NCBI RefSeq assembly: GCF_036321535.1
Contig: NC_087437.1
Span: forward strand, 105,278,001-105,342,000
Length of the DNA: 64,000 nt
From: Camelus dromedarius
Taxonomy: Eukaryota
Direction of reading: 5' to 3'
Shown here: one piece after another, positions 1 to 10,484 of the stretch
How positions within the stretch are numbered: the first letter of the stretch is position 1
Layout: the number at the start of each line of letters is the position of its first letter
Notes under the pieces: model-generated
What the model was told of the DNA's origin: nothing
Seen by the model: only the letters and a program-made list of their open reading frames with translations
Database searches by the model: none
Position numbers and translations under genes: made by a program

Positions 1-309
1 AGCATTCATAGTGTTTCAGTGTATTCCATGCCATGTATGTGGACGGGTATTTTGTATAAAATTGTATAGTTGAGAAAATCAAATAACAAATACGAAATCT
101 GACCTAACCTGACTTAAAAATAACTACGTGGATAGTTTTTTTTTTGAAAAGCAGATAGATCTGTTGAAATATAAATTGTTCAAAATAATTTTTAAAAGGT
201 TGAGAAGCCATCAAATTTATGTAAAGAGCTGGTTTATGTTAGATTTTCAAGCCTCACAAAAGTTCCACAAATAAAAAATAAAAATAAAAGTAATAATTAC
301 ATTCTCTTG

Positions 310-600
310 TATTAGTAGATGTAAAATTCTAACTAAATTAAGCAATAAACTCAAAGAATAATCTGCCACAAATGACTGAGTTTTACTTAATGGACTGTTT
401 AATATTAAATGAGTGTTAATATGTTAATGCACAGATAGATGAAAATTTAAATAATGTTACAAATTGTATGAAATATAACATGAGAACTCAGTATTCCAGT
501 CAACATAAAATCTGACCATAGCTAAAAATAGAAATATGCTTAGAAAAAGACCACATTTTAAAGCATAATAAAATGTTCATCTTTTTATGATAGGAGGTTC
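310..600 (+). mobile_element. Highly decayed L1 ORF2 fragment
   Basis: A-rich stretch with L1 ORF2-like wording (gatgtaaaattctaactaaattaagc..., ...gtttaatatt...). Recalled similarity only. Confidence 0.35.
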
Positions 601-1590
601 TGTTTATTTTCTTAATTATTGCTCAATTTAAATTAGTTCTACAATATATATAAATTAAGAATATAATAATAATTTGTTCAGAAATAACACACGCTGCATG
701 AACTAAGGAGTAAAATAATCCAATTTTCACTGCAGCCCTGGACTCGAAGTACATTTTGGCTGGTAAATCTTTGTTTGCCACTCAGACATACGGGTAGGAT
801 TAGATAAATTTGACCAGGGACTCAGGTCCCTTATTGCAAACTGCAAAATGTGAATAAACAGAGTGCCAGGACTCTGCTTGGGCAATTGTTGCTGCAGGGT
901 AATTGGCAGCAAACATTGTTTTGCTTCTGTTGATCATTATTCCAGAGTAAGTAATTACACTTGATTGCATACAATGCTATTTTCATTAGTATTACTGATA
1001 TTGCCTGAAACAGGGATGATCCAGTCTCACTGAGATTTCACAAAGTGAGATTTTGGGGACATAGCATTTCTTCTTGCCACCCTTCAGTCTAGTGATCTTT
1101 TTGATAAGACCTGCTAGGACAGCAGAATTCTCTATTTATTTCAGTAATTCCATATTTATTTTGTGATTTTTTTCAATTGTTCTTTTTTCCTTCTGCCTTT
1201 CAATTCAATTCATAGCACTTCACAGAGAAATAAGAATCAAAAAAGATAAGTCAAATATATCTACTAAAGCACAGATTTTAATCCTCTTTTATAATTAAAG
1301 TAAGTGAGCTAAAAAACAGTAAAGTATTTGATGCAATAAATAGCTTAATACTATTGTCTTTTCCTGAGAAAATAGTCACATAGACTTCATAGAGAGAATT
1401 TCTTAGATACTTTTTATAACAATTTCTTGTCCTAACTAACCTCTAGTTAAAATAAATAAATAACTAGTTACATTAAATATAAATAAATAAATATGGTATA
1501 AAGTAAATGAGGCATCTTTTGGGACTTAAATTAAATAAATTGTAATGTCTATGATCTTGCAAATTATGATTTTTTTTTCTATTGTGAAGA

Positions 1591-1921
1591 TGCTATGGAC
1601 TGAATTATGTTTCCCGTAAATTCACTTGTTGAATTCCTAACCCCAATGTGACAATATTTGGAGATAAGACTTTTAAGAGTTAATTAAGGTTAAATGAGGT
1701 CACAAGGGCAGGGTCTTATTCTGGTCGGACTGGTGGCCTTTTAAGAATTGGAAGAAAGCAACCATCTAAAAGGCAAGAAGAGTACTCTCACCAGAACCCA
1801 ATCATGCTGGCACTTTGATTTCAGATTTCCAGTCTCCAAAACTGTGAGAAAACAAATTTCTTTAGTTTAAGCTACTTAATTACGTTTCATTTCATTATGG
1901 CAGCTAGAACAGACTAAGATG
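1591..1921 (+). mobile_element. MaLR solo LTR (MLT1A-like)
   Basis: Starts tgctatggactgaattatgtttccc; contains aattaaggttaaatgaggtca and catgctggcactttgatttcagatttccagtctccaaaactgtgagaaaacaaatttc; ends ...ttatggcagctagaacagactaagatg. All are characteristic MLT1 motifs. Confidence 0.9.
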
Positions 1922-2169
1922 CATGATTTTAACCAAACATTTTAACTTTTTCAACTGAGGTACAAAGACATGTAAAATTGAGACCATTTCTAAAAAGATG
2001 TAGTTTAAATTCCAGTACAAATAGAATATACCAAATGACAAGCAATACCGAAGTTTCCAAGAAATATGTGATGCTATCAATAAATAGCTCCATTGAACCC
2101 TACTGGCTCATGCTTCTAGAATTTATTTGGGGGGCGAGTTACTAACCCATTTTCTCAAAATTATTTACT

Positions 2170-2320
2170 GGGGACTAAAAATGACAAGGGAAACTCACTG
2201 TTTGCAAAACATGGATAATATAAGCATGAGGAGTAGTGTGTGCTAAATTATACCCCAAAGTGCATGGTGATCTGTGAGAGTAGGACAAAGTCTGACCTGG
2301 GCAGTCGTTGGAGAGATTAA
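2170..2320 (-). mobile_element. L2 fragment
   Basis: Reverse L2 3'-region-like wording (aagtgcatggtgatctgtgagagtagg...tctgacctgggcagtc). Confidence 0.4.
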
Positions 2321-2489
2321 GCTGTTACGTTGCAGAGCATAGTTTGCAGATCCTCAATAAAAAATGGGAATTAAAATGTAATTTTCCAAGGGGGCTGTGT
2401 GTACTTATATGATTTTTTTTCTCACAATTTCAAAATATCAACAAAGTAAGTGTTGACTTTATGGTCCTTTTCAATATTGTAACGTTTTT

Positions 2490-4196
2490 TAAGGTTCAGA
2501 CACAGAAATTTTATTTTCTTATTTTTGCATTTGTAAGATTTTCTTTTCTGGTGTTAAAATTCACTTTCAAACACATGATCAGGAAATAACAAGATGCCAG
2601 TTGTAGAAATTATGCAGTTTTTAAATTTTCTCGGTTGTTCCTTTATCCACTGAAAGTGTTAGGAAGTTAGATAAGTGGGGGCACCGGGCAGACAGGTGGA
2701 GGAGAGAGAGAATGTTCTGAAAGATGGCATTATGCCCGACTCCAGCATAAAGGGACTTTACTTCTTCTAAATGAGTGCCAGGAAGAAACTGGTTAAAACC
2801 TGACAGCCAAGACTGTGAGGGAGCAGAGAAGTCTTAACCAGACATGGCCCAGTGTTCATTGTATTATAATTAACATTGTGGTTTAGGCACCCCCCCCCAT
2901 GGGTTTTTGTGTGTACATGCACAAAGAGGCCAAACATGACTAAGCATTCCAGAGACAAGAGCTGTCAATCAATCAAGAGACCACCTCTAAGCGAGGGTGT
3001 AAGACAAAGGGGAGACAAAGACCACTGCGTTTTCCTTCTTGGATCAGCACCCCATTCCTGGAGGTGTACTTTTCTAAATAAATAAATAAATAAATAAATC
3101 TTTAAAAATCTTTCATTACACAATGCACTGACTCCCAACTGCAAACTTGTCTTTTGGGTATGACAAGGACTGGAGTTTTTACCTTTTTGGGTAATAAAAG
3201 TAATTCCACAATCCAACATTTTTAGGCAAAACCTTTTTTACTTTTGTTGGTTTCTGCTTGTTTAGGCAACAACAACTTCATCTTTAGTATCAAGCCTTCA
3301 CTTGGACTATGAAAGGAAGCGTGTACCACAGAGGATCCCAAACTCAGACGTCTGTCTTACAAACTTCACTGATAACCTTTCGCACATTGGCAGCTATCAT
3401 TTGATCCAATGTTGCTATTTTGGTCTCTAGAAATTTCTCTCTTCAACTACCTTAATTTCATGTCCAGTTTTAAATAATTCAAGTATTTGGGGATGTCATG
3501 GCAAGTGGAATTTCGAATAAGCTTTGAAAATCTTTTTTCCAGTTTCTTTTTTAATGGATTAATCTCAGGTATTCTTTCTGGAATAGCCACTTTAAAGTCT
3601 GCATGAATTTCATCATCCAAAATCCTCTGAATCAGATTAGTTCCCTCTGCAGATGCAGCTATGTTTTCTTCTGCTCTTGTAATCTTTGATGCATCTCTGT
3701 AAATACAGCAGCTTTATTAATTTCTGAAGCAAAAGGGTATGGAAACCTAAGAACACTGGCAAATGACTTAACTTTTTATTTTTCTTTTTCCCATGTGCTA
3801 AATCCAGTGTCAAATCCAAATAAGCACCTTGCTTTGGATTAGTACAGTCCTGAATTTGAAATTTCTTAAGTGAATAGCTTTATTAACCTTGTATATCTCC
3901 TATGGGTATAAGTGCTTTAAACAGACATCTTCAGGATTGCTTTCCACATAGTGGTATGACTTCTACTTTTTTAATCTTATCTTTATTTTTTTTCTTTCTC
4001 ATTTGATGCTTTTCCTTTGAAATCACTTTTATTTTTGGCTTTGTAGCAGCAGCAAAATGTCTGATGGGCATTTGAACATTTCCAGAATGAGAATAAAGAG
4101 ATAACTGATAAACTGTCTTAGAAAGATTGTGTCTTTGATGAAGTATTAAGACTGTACCAAGGCATCTCAGGGGCACTATTTTGGATTATGTTGACC
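2490..4196 (-). pseudogene. MRPL1: Processed pseudogene (retrocopy) of mitochondrial ribosomal protein L1 (uL1m)
   Basis: Manual minus-strand translation across frameshifts gives IVPLRCLGTVLILHQRHNLSKTVYQLSLYSHSGNVQMPIRHFAAATK...[22 protein letters not shown]...[20 protein letters not shown]...[23 protein letters not shown]...[79 protein letters not shown]...FLETKIATLD...SEGLILK...LLPK. This is colinear with mammalian MRPL1 as recalled ([49 protein letters not shown]). There are no introns. The start codon appears decayed (ATA at 4179-4177), the stop TAA is at 3224-3222, an internal TAG lies at 3902-3900, and there are several frameshifts. AATAAA is at 2515-2510. The flanking 15-bp TSD matches at 13/15: tattgtaacgttttt 2475-2489 / tattataaccttttt 4197-4211. 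Confidence 0.95.
2657..3196 (+). mobile_element. ERV (class I-like) solo LTR inserted in the 3' UTR of the MRPL1 retrocopy
   Basis: TGTTA...GTAATA termini (decayed TG...CA), 4-bp TSD aaag at 2653-2656 and 3197-3200, GC-richer body, and AATAAA within a (TAAA)n run at ~3075-3098 followed by a U5-like segment. Removing it rejoins the retrocopy 3' UTR. Confidence 0.85.
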
Positions 4197-4594
4197 TATT
4201 ATAACCTTTTTGTTTTCAAATTTGCCAAAGCAAAGATCTCCCTATTACAGATTCCAATTTTAACTTTCAGTATTTTTTATTATATGGAGATTGCTCTATG
4301 AAAAACTCCAGATTAAGACCAATCTATTTCTTCTCTCTGTATTGATGAAATAGATTGAAGATGCTACTGATTTGATGGATTTTGCATAACTTGATAATTC
4401 AAGTCATTTCTATCAGACTGGCACCACATTCCCCAATTCTCTAGCCATCTCTAGAAGCACATCTTTAAGGAAATTCTGAGGTTAAACTAAAGTATGGCTA
4501 ATATTAGTTACTCTGCTGGTGTTCTCTCTATTAGCAACACTACGTAGACATTTAAACTCTACATGATAGAAAAAGAATTGGACTTCATTCTCAC

Positions 4595-4608
4595 GTTGCC
4601 ATGGAAAT
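4595..4608. promoter_or_regulatory. RFX X-box-like motif GTTGCCATGGAAAT
   Basis: 13/14 match to the X-box GTTGCCATGGAAAC. Motif only; function unknown. Confidence 0.3.
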
Positions 4609-5059
4609 GGGTTTTCTTTTATCTTACTTGCTACACTTGCTACTGTAATTTTTTTGAACGTCATATTCTATGAGTCTCATATTGTACATTTTGATAAGCA
4701 AGGAATAGACTAGAGCTCTGACAAGAGGATAGTGAGAGAGGAGTACACTAAAGGGAGGTGTTTCATTTAATAGGATAGCATATATTACTGGAAAGTAATT
4801 TGGTACCTAACGCGTTTGAAATTTATATATATGTATATATATTCAAATTTGTTGTCTTTGGAGAGGAGTGAAATTATACAACTATCTCTCAGGGGAGAAA
4901 AAATATGTATATGTATATACTATACTGTTCTTAAAATATGTATATGTATGTACTATAACCTCCTTATTGGTTTCATTTTAACTAACTCAACACTAAAATT
5001 AAAGTTTCTTTCTTTTTACCTAATTTTATTTGCTAAATGGCCCCATGAATCCCTAAGTT

Positions 5060-5455
5060 AATCATTTCTACTCTTCTAACTTATAATAAATTTATAATGA
5101 TCTGCTCAGAGAAGGTCTTCCTCTTTGTTACCTCATATGAACAATTAGATTCTTCTTAGTTGCCCCAGATCAGTTTCACATCTTGCCCTTATATGTTAAA
5201 CATCATCTTGCTTCCTATAAACAATTTTTTTTTTTACTCTCTCTTTTCTATACATTATAGAGCACTGTTACCATTTCAGAATTTAAGTTCAGTGTGTGTA
5301 CTCACACTGATTCTGGTCGTAGTGATACATAATATCAGTGGAACTGCGCACTGTAATAGGAAGAAACCAACATGTAGGAATTCTGCTCAGTATCTCTAAG
5401 CAGCATTAACTGACTGAACAGCATGCCAGGGACACAAAAATCATTGAATTGCTAA
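5060..5455 (+). mobile_element. L2 3' fragment
   Basis: ctcagagaaggtcttcctc...agcactgttaccatttc...aacagcatgccagggacac resembles the L2 3' end. Confidence 0.5.
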
Positions 5456-6074
5456 AGTAAGACTTGGCAATTTGTCTTTTCCCCTTTAAAGCATTCTGGT
5501 AGTGGAGGATTAGAATAAGGAGGAAGCAAACACTGTAATAATTGGGTCAGCAAATAAACCTGCATTCCAGTCATTAATACCAAGCCACTGGTGACTGAGT
5601 ATTCAGCACATGCTTAATTATTATTCTCAGTTGATAGGGTGGAGACATTCCTCACAATTGCCTCTTTATATGGTTTTCATGGAACTAACCTGTAAAACAC
5701 ATTTTCTTCTAGACAAAATAACCTCTTAAATCTACCTCTCTTTTCTTCCATTCTAGTCTCTAGTCTGTGTTTCATTAGGTCTGTTTCCAGTACTGTTTTA
5801 GTGGTTTTTGTGAGGCTTTTTGGCGTAAAAGACTTAAGAAAAAAAAAATCAATTTATTCAGGAAGATTCTTTTACTTTTCTTGTTTCAGTTATAGCCCAT
5901 ATAATTTCATAGACAGGTTTTTAAAAATTTTTAATCCTAGGGTTATAATTCTCTTTTTAATTTTATAAATAAGGGAACCCTCAGTGACAAAGCAACTTTC
6001 CCGGAGTAGAAATGTACCACAAACAACAAAATAAATCACCCTTCATCGTTGGCTTTTACTCTTCTAAAGGAAAT

Positions 6075-6245
6075 TTTCTCACAATTTATTGTTGACACGT
6101 CGCACTATGTATTTTTTGTTGTTGTTCAGGCTGTCCTGTGTACTGTAAGATGTTTAGCAGTACCCCTGGTCTCTATTCACTGGATGCTAGGAGCGCCTGC
6201 GTACACCCAGGGATGACAATCAGGAATGCTTTCAGACATTCCCCT
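6075..6245 (-). mobile_element. MER20 (hAT-Charlie MITE)
   Basis: ggctgtcctgtgtactgtaagatgtttagcagtacccctggtctctattcactggatgctag matches the reverse MER20 core. Confidence 0.85.
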
Positions 6246-6363
6246 TTGCCACTATTATTGTGTGTGCTAAAACCACATCTTTGCTGTGCCAAATTTATTA
6301 AGTTATCTTTTCTTCCCATTATACATACTTTTCTTTAGGGTGCTGATTTTCAAGGGTCAGTCC

Positions 6364-6688
6364 TGCTACTGTCTGAATGTTTGTCTTCCCCAAATTCACA
6401 TGTTGAAATCCTAATGCCCAATGTCATAGCATTAGAAGTGAAACCTTTGGAAAATAATTAGGTCATAAGGGCTCTGTTCTCATAAATGAGATTAATACAA
6501 AAGGCTTGAGAGAGCTCCCTAGACACTTTTGCCATGTGAAAATACAAGAAATTTGCAACCTGGACAGGGGCCCTCACTGGACCATGCTGGCACCCTAGTC
6601 TTGGACTTCCAGCCTTTAGAACTGGGAGAAATAAGTTACTTTAACATGCTTATAGGCATTCGAGGCTGCAGCATTTTGTTATAGCTTG
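6364..6688 (+). mobile_element. MaLR solo LTR (MLT1A-like)
   Basis: tgctactgtctgaatgtttgtcttccccaaattcacatgttgaaatcctaa...catgctggcaccctagtcttggacttccagcctttagaactgggagaaataa...ttttgttatagc. Confidence 0.9.
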
Positions 6689-6830
6689 TTAAACTTTAAA
6701 AGGTTTTCCCTGAAGCATTAGGTCTGGTCTCTATTGCTCATTAACTTCTTAGCCAACATTATATGGGTCATGGTAGATTTGCATACGTTATATACGTCAC
6801 AAATTGGTTAAATCCATATTTACTATTCAT

Positions 6831-6964
6831 GGGGGGAGGGTATAGCTCAGCGGTAGAGTGCATGTCTAACATGCGTAAGGTCCCAGGTTCAATCCTTAGT
6901 ACCTCCATTATAAACAAACAAATAAACAAACAAACCTAATTACCCTATCAAAAAAAAAACTAAA
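6831..6964 (+). mobile_element. tRNA-derived camelid SINE (Vic-1 type)
   Basis: ggggagggtatagctcagcggtagag (A box)...ggttcaatcc (B box), A-rich tail with aaacctaattac, perfect 11-bp TSD ttactattcat at 6820-6830 and 6965-6975. Confidence 0.9.
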
Positions 6965-8248
6965 TTACTATTCATTTTAAGATTTGCAAATGTTGCTTGA
7001 TTCTTGTAAAACAAAATGATAGTATTTGCAATCAAAGAGCTTATGGAGGAAAGACATCATCTGCTTGTAGGATCTACATTGGTCTTTGTTTCATTCCTAT
7101 TCATGTATGGATGTAGTATACAAACAGACATCCAGGCACAGAGCTGCTTCTGTGCATAATCATCTTCTGCTCTACAGCAGCTAGAACAATAACATGACTG
7201 TACTAAAAACGCTTACATTTGTTTTATTGTTTCTTTTACTTATAAATCAGGTAGGAAGGGACAAAATGTTTTGTCAGTTCAATTTCTATATAACTAGCTT
7301 TCTGATTGTCCCAAATGGATTGAATAATTATTGATTCACAGAAACAGATGCTATGATTGAAATGTACTGATGTAACATAATGATGTAATGATGTTAATTT
7401 CACACACAGGTAGTGGGAAAACCATTTTTTAAAAATTTTATATAAAGTAATTTATCTATAGAGATTAAGGATTTTTTTCCATGTGGTTAGTTGGAAATTT
7501 TCATATGTCTGTAAAGCCAAATTATATTTAGAAATAAAAATGCATATGCAAGAAATTGGCTGAGTTTACATGGGAAGAAATTCACTAAAGCACGAACTAT
7601 ACCACAGAAGTATTGATGCTAGAGGAACAAAGGAGAAGAGAGAAAATGTGTTCATAAAATCCATTGTAGAATTTCCTTTCTAATTTGAGAAACTAACACA
7701 CAAATATAAAACATAACACCTTAGAGTTTACTATAAGTAATGTTATGGCCTGAGTGCTTAACAGTTAAAAATTTCCAGTGATGGCAAGGGGAAGATAGGA
7801 ATGATCAATAGCAACCATGGTTTATCTCTGGAGTTCCATAAAATCTCCAGATGTGCAACACAAGTATAAATATGACCACACTCATCTTTGCAAGTTTACT
7901 CAATAACATGAAACTGTATCTGTTTGCCTCTATATCTCAGTATTTACATAACTTATAGTACCACAGAACAGTTCATTTTGGTAAGGTTACTGTTTTCTTA
8001 TGGAAATAAATCCTAGCATTTTGATTTTGACCTTCATGTTAAAAATTAAGCAATACAGATGCAATAGTTTTCAGTGTTTTCCCTTCTTTATAAGCTATGA
8101 TCTTCATCTATATGTTTGGGATAGTGAAAATGAAATTTTCATGAATGTTGTACGTCTTCTTCTTTTCTTTGCAACCACACTTGAAAAAGGGAAGCTTTTT
8201 TGTAAGAACATCCTTGAGGCAAACATTTGAATTACTAAAGAAATTGCA

Positions 8249-8404
8249 GGGGGGATGTTATAGCTCAGTGATAGAACATGTGCTTAGTATGCACAAGGTT
8301 CTGGGTTCAATCCCCAGCACCTCCATTAAAATAAATAAATTAAATAAAAACCTAATTACCACTGCTCCAAAAAAGACTAGTTAAAATTAATTAATTAAAA
8401 TAAA
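8249..8404 (+). mobile_element. tRNA-derived camelid SINE (Vic-1 type)
   Basis: gggggatgttatagctcagtgatagaa...ctgggttcaatccccagcacctcca, A-rich tail, degenerate TSD aaagaaattgca 8237-8248 / aaataaattaca 8405-8416. Confidence 0.9.
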
Positions 8405-8559
8405 AAATAAATTACATACCCAGTAAAAGTAGTCTACACACATTGTTAATAGCTATAAAACAGGATTTGGAATAGAACTTCTTTCTTTTTTTAGTCTTCC
8501 AGAATTGTGGCTAAGTCCTAAAGCAGAGGAGAAAGGAGACTCTAATAACAAATTATTAA

Positions 8560-9660
8560 TGTTTTATACAAAATCAATATAAAAAGCTGTGTAGTATAGA
8601 CTAACAATGAATATTTAAAATGCTCTTTTAAAAATACTCCGTTTAAAATACCAATATAATATGATATATTTAGAAATAAATCTACCATTGTTTAAAATCT
8701 TTAAAGTGAAAATTATAAAACTTTAAAGAAATGTGTAATACATATTTCCAATAATAATCATACCACAAATTTAATTTCCATTGTAAGAATTACAATGCAC
8801 TGAGATGAAAAAACCTGGGGAAAAAAAGCAAAACATATGAAGAAGAATTTTATTGGCAAGGAACCATATTTTTGTTTAGGAGCATCCAAAATAAAACCAC
8901 AAAGAGATATAATTTTGCCATCTTCAGGTTGACAAATGATAGCAAGAGACAGAGAGAGAGACTGGAAAGAAGAAAAGGAGAAAAAGAGGGAGAAAGAGGG
9001 AAAAATGGTCATCAACCAGTGTTTGTAAGTGGACAGAGCTCTTATTTGTCACAGCAACTTTTAGAACTGTTTGATACTACCTATTAAAGTAAAAATGACT
9101 ATACACTACTACCCAGAAAATTTTTTGCTAAGTGTATGTCTTAGAGAAACTCTTGCTCACTTACACAATAATGTGTTTTCATTTGTTGAAAATTATTTGA
9201 ATTTCCACCTTATGCAAGGCACTGATGGAGACATTCATGAAGCCTACATTCCAGTGGGAGGGGATAAGTATTAAACCAAATAAGTAATTTCATTCTGATG
9301 TTGATTAAAAAAAATAAAATAAAGCAGGCAAGAGTAATGAATAGTAGAGACTGATATGGGAAATTTTCTCTAAAAATGGCAATTGGAGACAAGATCTGAA
9401 TGAGATACAGGAGACAGCTGTGCACATCTGGGAATGAGGATTCCAAGCGGAGGATACAGCATGTACAAAGATGCCCAAACATGATTGCCTAGAGAGTTTG
9501 AGAAGAAGAGCATTTCAGAAATGTTTATAGTGGCTAATGTTCTTAAAGAAAAAATTGACACAACTTTATATTAACAATAGAATGGATAAATTATGCTACA
9601 CTTATATAAAAGAATGTTAGATGGCAGTCAAGATAAATTAATAAACCTGATAATTATTAA
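8560..9660 (+). mobile_element. Old L1 (L1ME-like) ORF2/3' fragments, interrupted by an L2 piece
   Basis: caaaatcaatata..., gaaaattataaaacttt, tatgtcttagagaaactcttgc, aacaatagaatggataaattatg. Appears to continue after the ERV at ~13700. Confidence 0.6.
9178..9520 (-). mobile_element. L2 3' fragment
   Basis: ttcatttgttgaaaattatttgaatttccaccttatgcaaggcactg...cattcatgaagcctacattccagtgggaggg...gatctgaatgagatacaggagacagctgtgcacatctggg is reverse L2 3' end. Confidence 0.75.
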
Positions 9661-9665
9661 CTATC

Positions 9666-9805
9666 TGTTAATAAGTCTGATTCCATTTTTGATATTTGAC
9701 TGCTGACATCTCCTCCCTCTTCCTTCCTGCTCAAATCTGTGAAAATTAATAAGAAAGCTCAGGGGCTCCCTTCTTTGGCACCAGTGGGAAGTTCAAATTT
9801 ATAAT
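9666..9805 (+). mobile_element. 5' LTR (truncated) of an ERV-L-like provirus
   Basis: tgttaataagtctgattccatttttgatatttgactgctg... aligns with the LTR at 13301 (about 31/39 identical over the first 39 nt; further shared blocks aagaaagctcaggggctcccttctttggcaccagtgggaa / gataaagcccaagtgcttcctctttttgcactagtaggaa). Confidence 0.8.
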
Positions 9806-9807
9806 AC

Positions 9808-10484
9808 TGCAATTTATAATGGAAATATATATTTGGTCTTCTGGCACAGAGCTCCTAAAATCCTTGGAATCTCCTGTGCTGAGCGCAATGAAAATGTCTT
9901 TTGTCATTTTAATAAAGTGACTTTTGGACCATACCTAAGGATTTGGGTTGACTACCAGGAGAACTAGCCCTGTGATTAGAAAGTGGGAACTTTCAGTCCC
10001 ACCCCACTAACCTCTGGGGACAGGAGAGGGGCTGGAGGTTGAACAGACTGCCAGTGGCCAATGATTCAATCAATCATACTTAATGTAATGAAATCTCCAT
10101 AAAAACAGAGAAGAATGGGGTTCAAAGAGCTTCCCGGTTAGGGAAACAGAATGCTTCCTCGTGCCAGGCCCCAAATGCCATGAAGACAGAAGCTCCTCTG
10201 TTCACGACCTCCCACCATATAACCCTTCATCTGGCTGTTGATTTGTTTCTTTTCATAAACTTTGTAATAAACCAGTAATCTAGTGAGTAAACCTGTTTCT
10301 TGAATTCCAACAAAACTCTAGCAAATTAATCAATCCCAGGGAGGGGTTTGTAGGAAGCTGTGACTTACAGCTCATTGGTCAGAAGCAGGTCACAATCTAA
10401 ACTGGAGACTGGCTCTGAAGTGGGGGGCAGTCTTGTTGGACTGAGCCCTCAACATGTGGAATCAGATGCTATCTCTGGGTACAG
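9808..10484 (+). mobile_element. MER21-like LTR inserted into the proviral 5' LTR
   Basis: ctggcacagagctcctaaaatccttggaatctcctg, tgtgattagaaagtgggaactttcagtcccacccc, gccaatgattcaatcaatcat, gtaataaaccagtaa and gggggcagtcttgttggactgagccctcaac are MER21 hallmarks. Confidence 0.85.

Noticed and set aside
3931..4176. 81-aa minus-strand ORF as a functional gene or hAT transposase fragment
   Set aside because: Its N-terminal half is the MRPL1 targeting-peptide region; the VIPLCGKQ tail is an out-of-frame artefact of the pseudogene.
4900..4957. 25-bp direct repeat aaaatatgtatatgtatRtactata
   Set aside because: Low-complexity slippage duplication with no sign of function.
6831..6907. tRNA-Ala gene (also at 8249, 15274, 22171, 51166)
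   Set aside because: A-rich tails, TSDs and mutually diverged stems mark these as tRNA-derived SINEs, not functional tRNAs.
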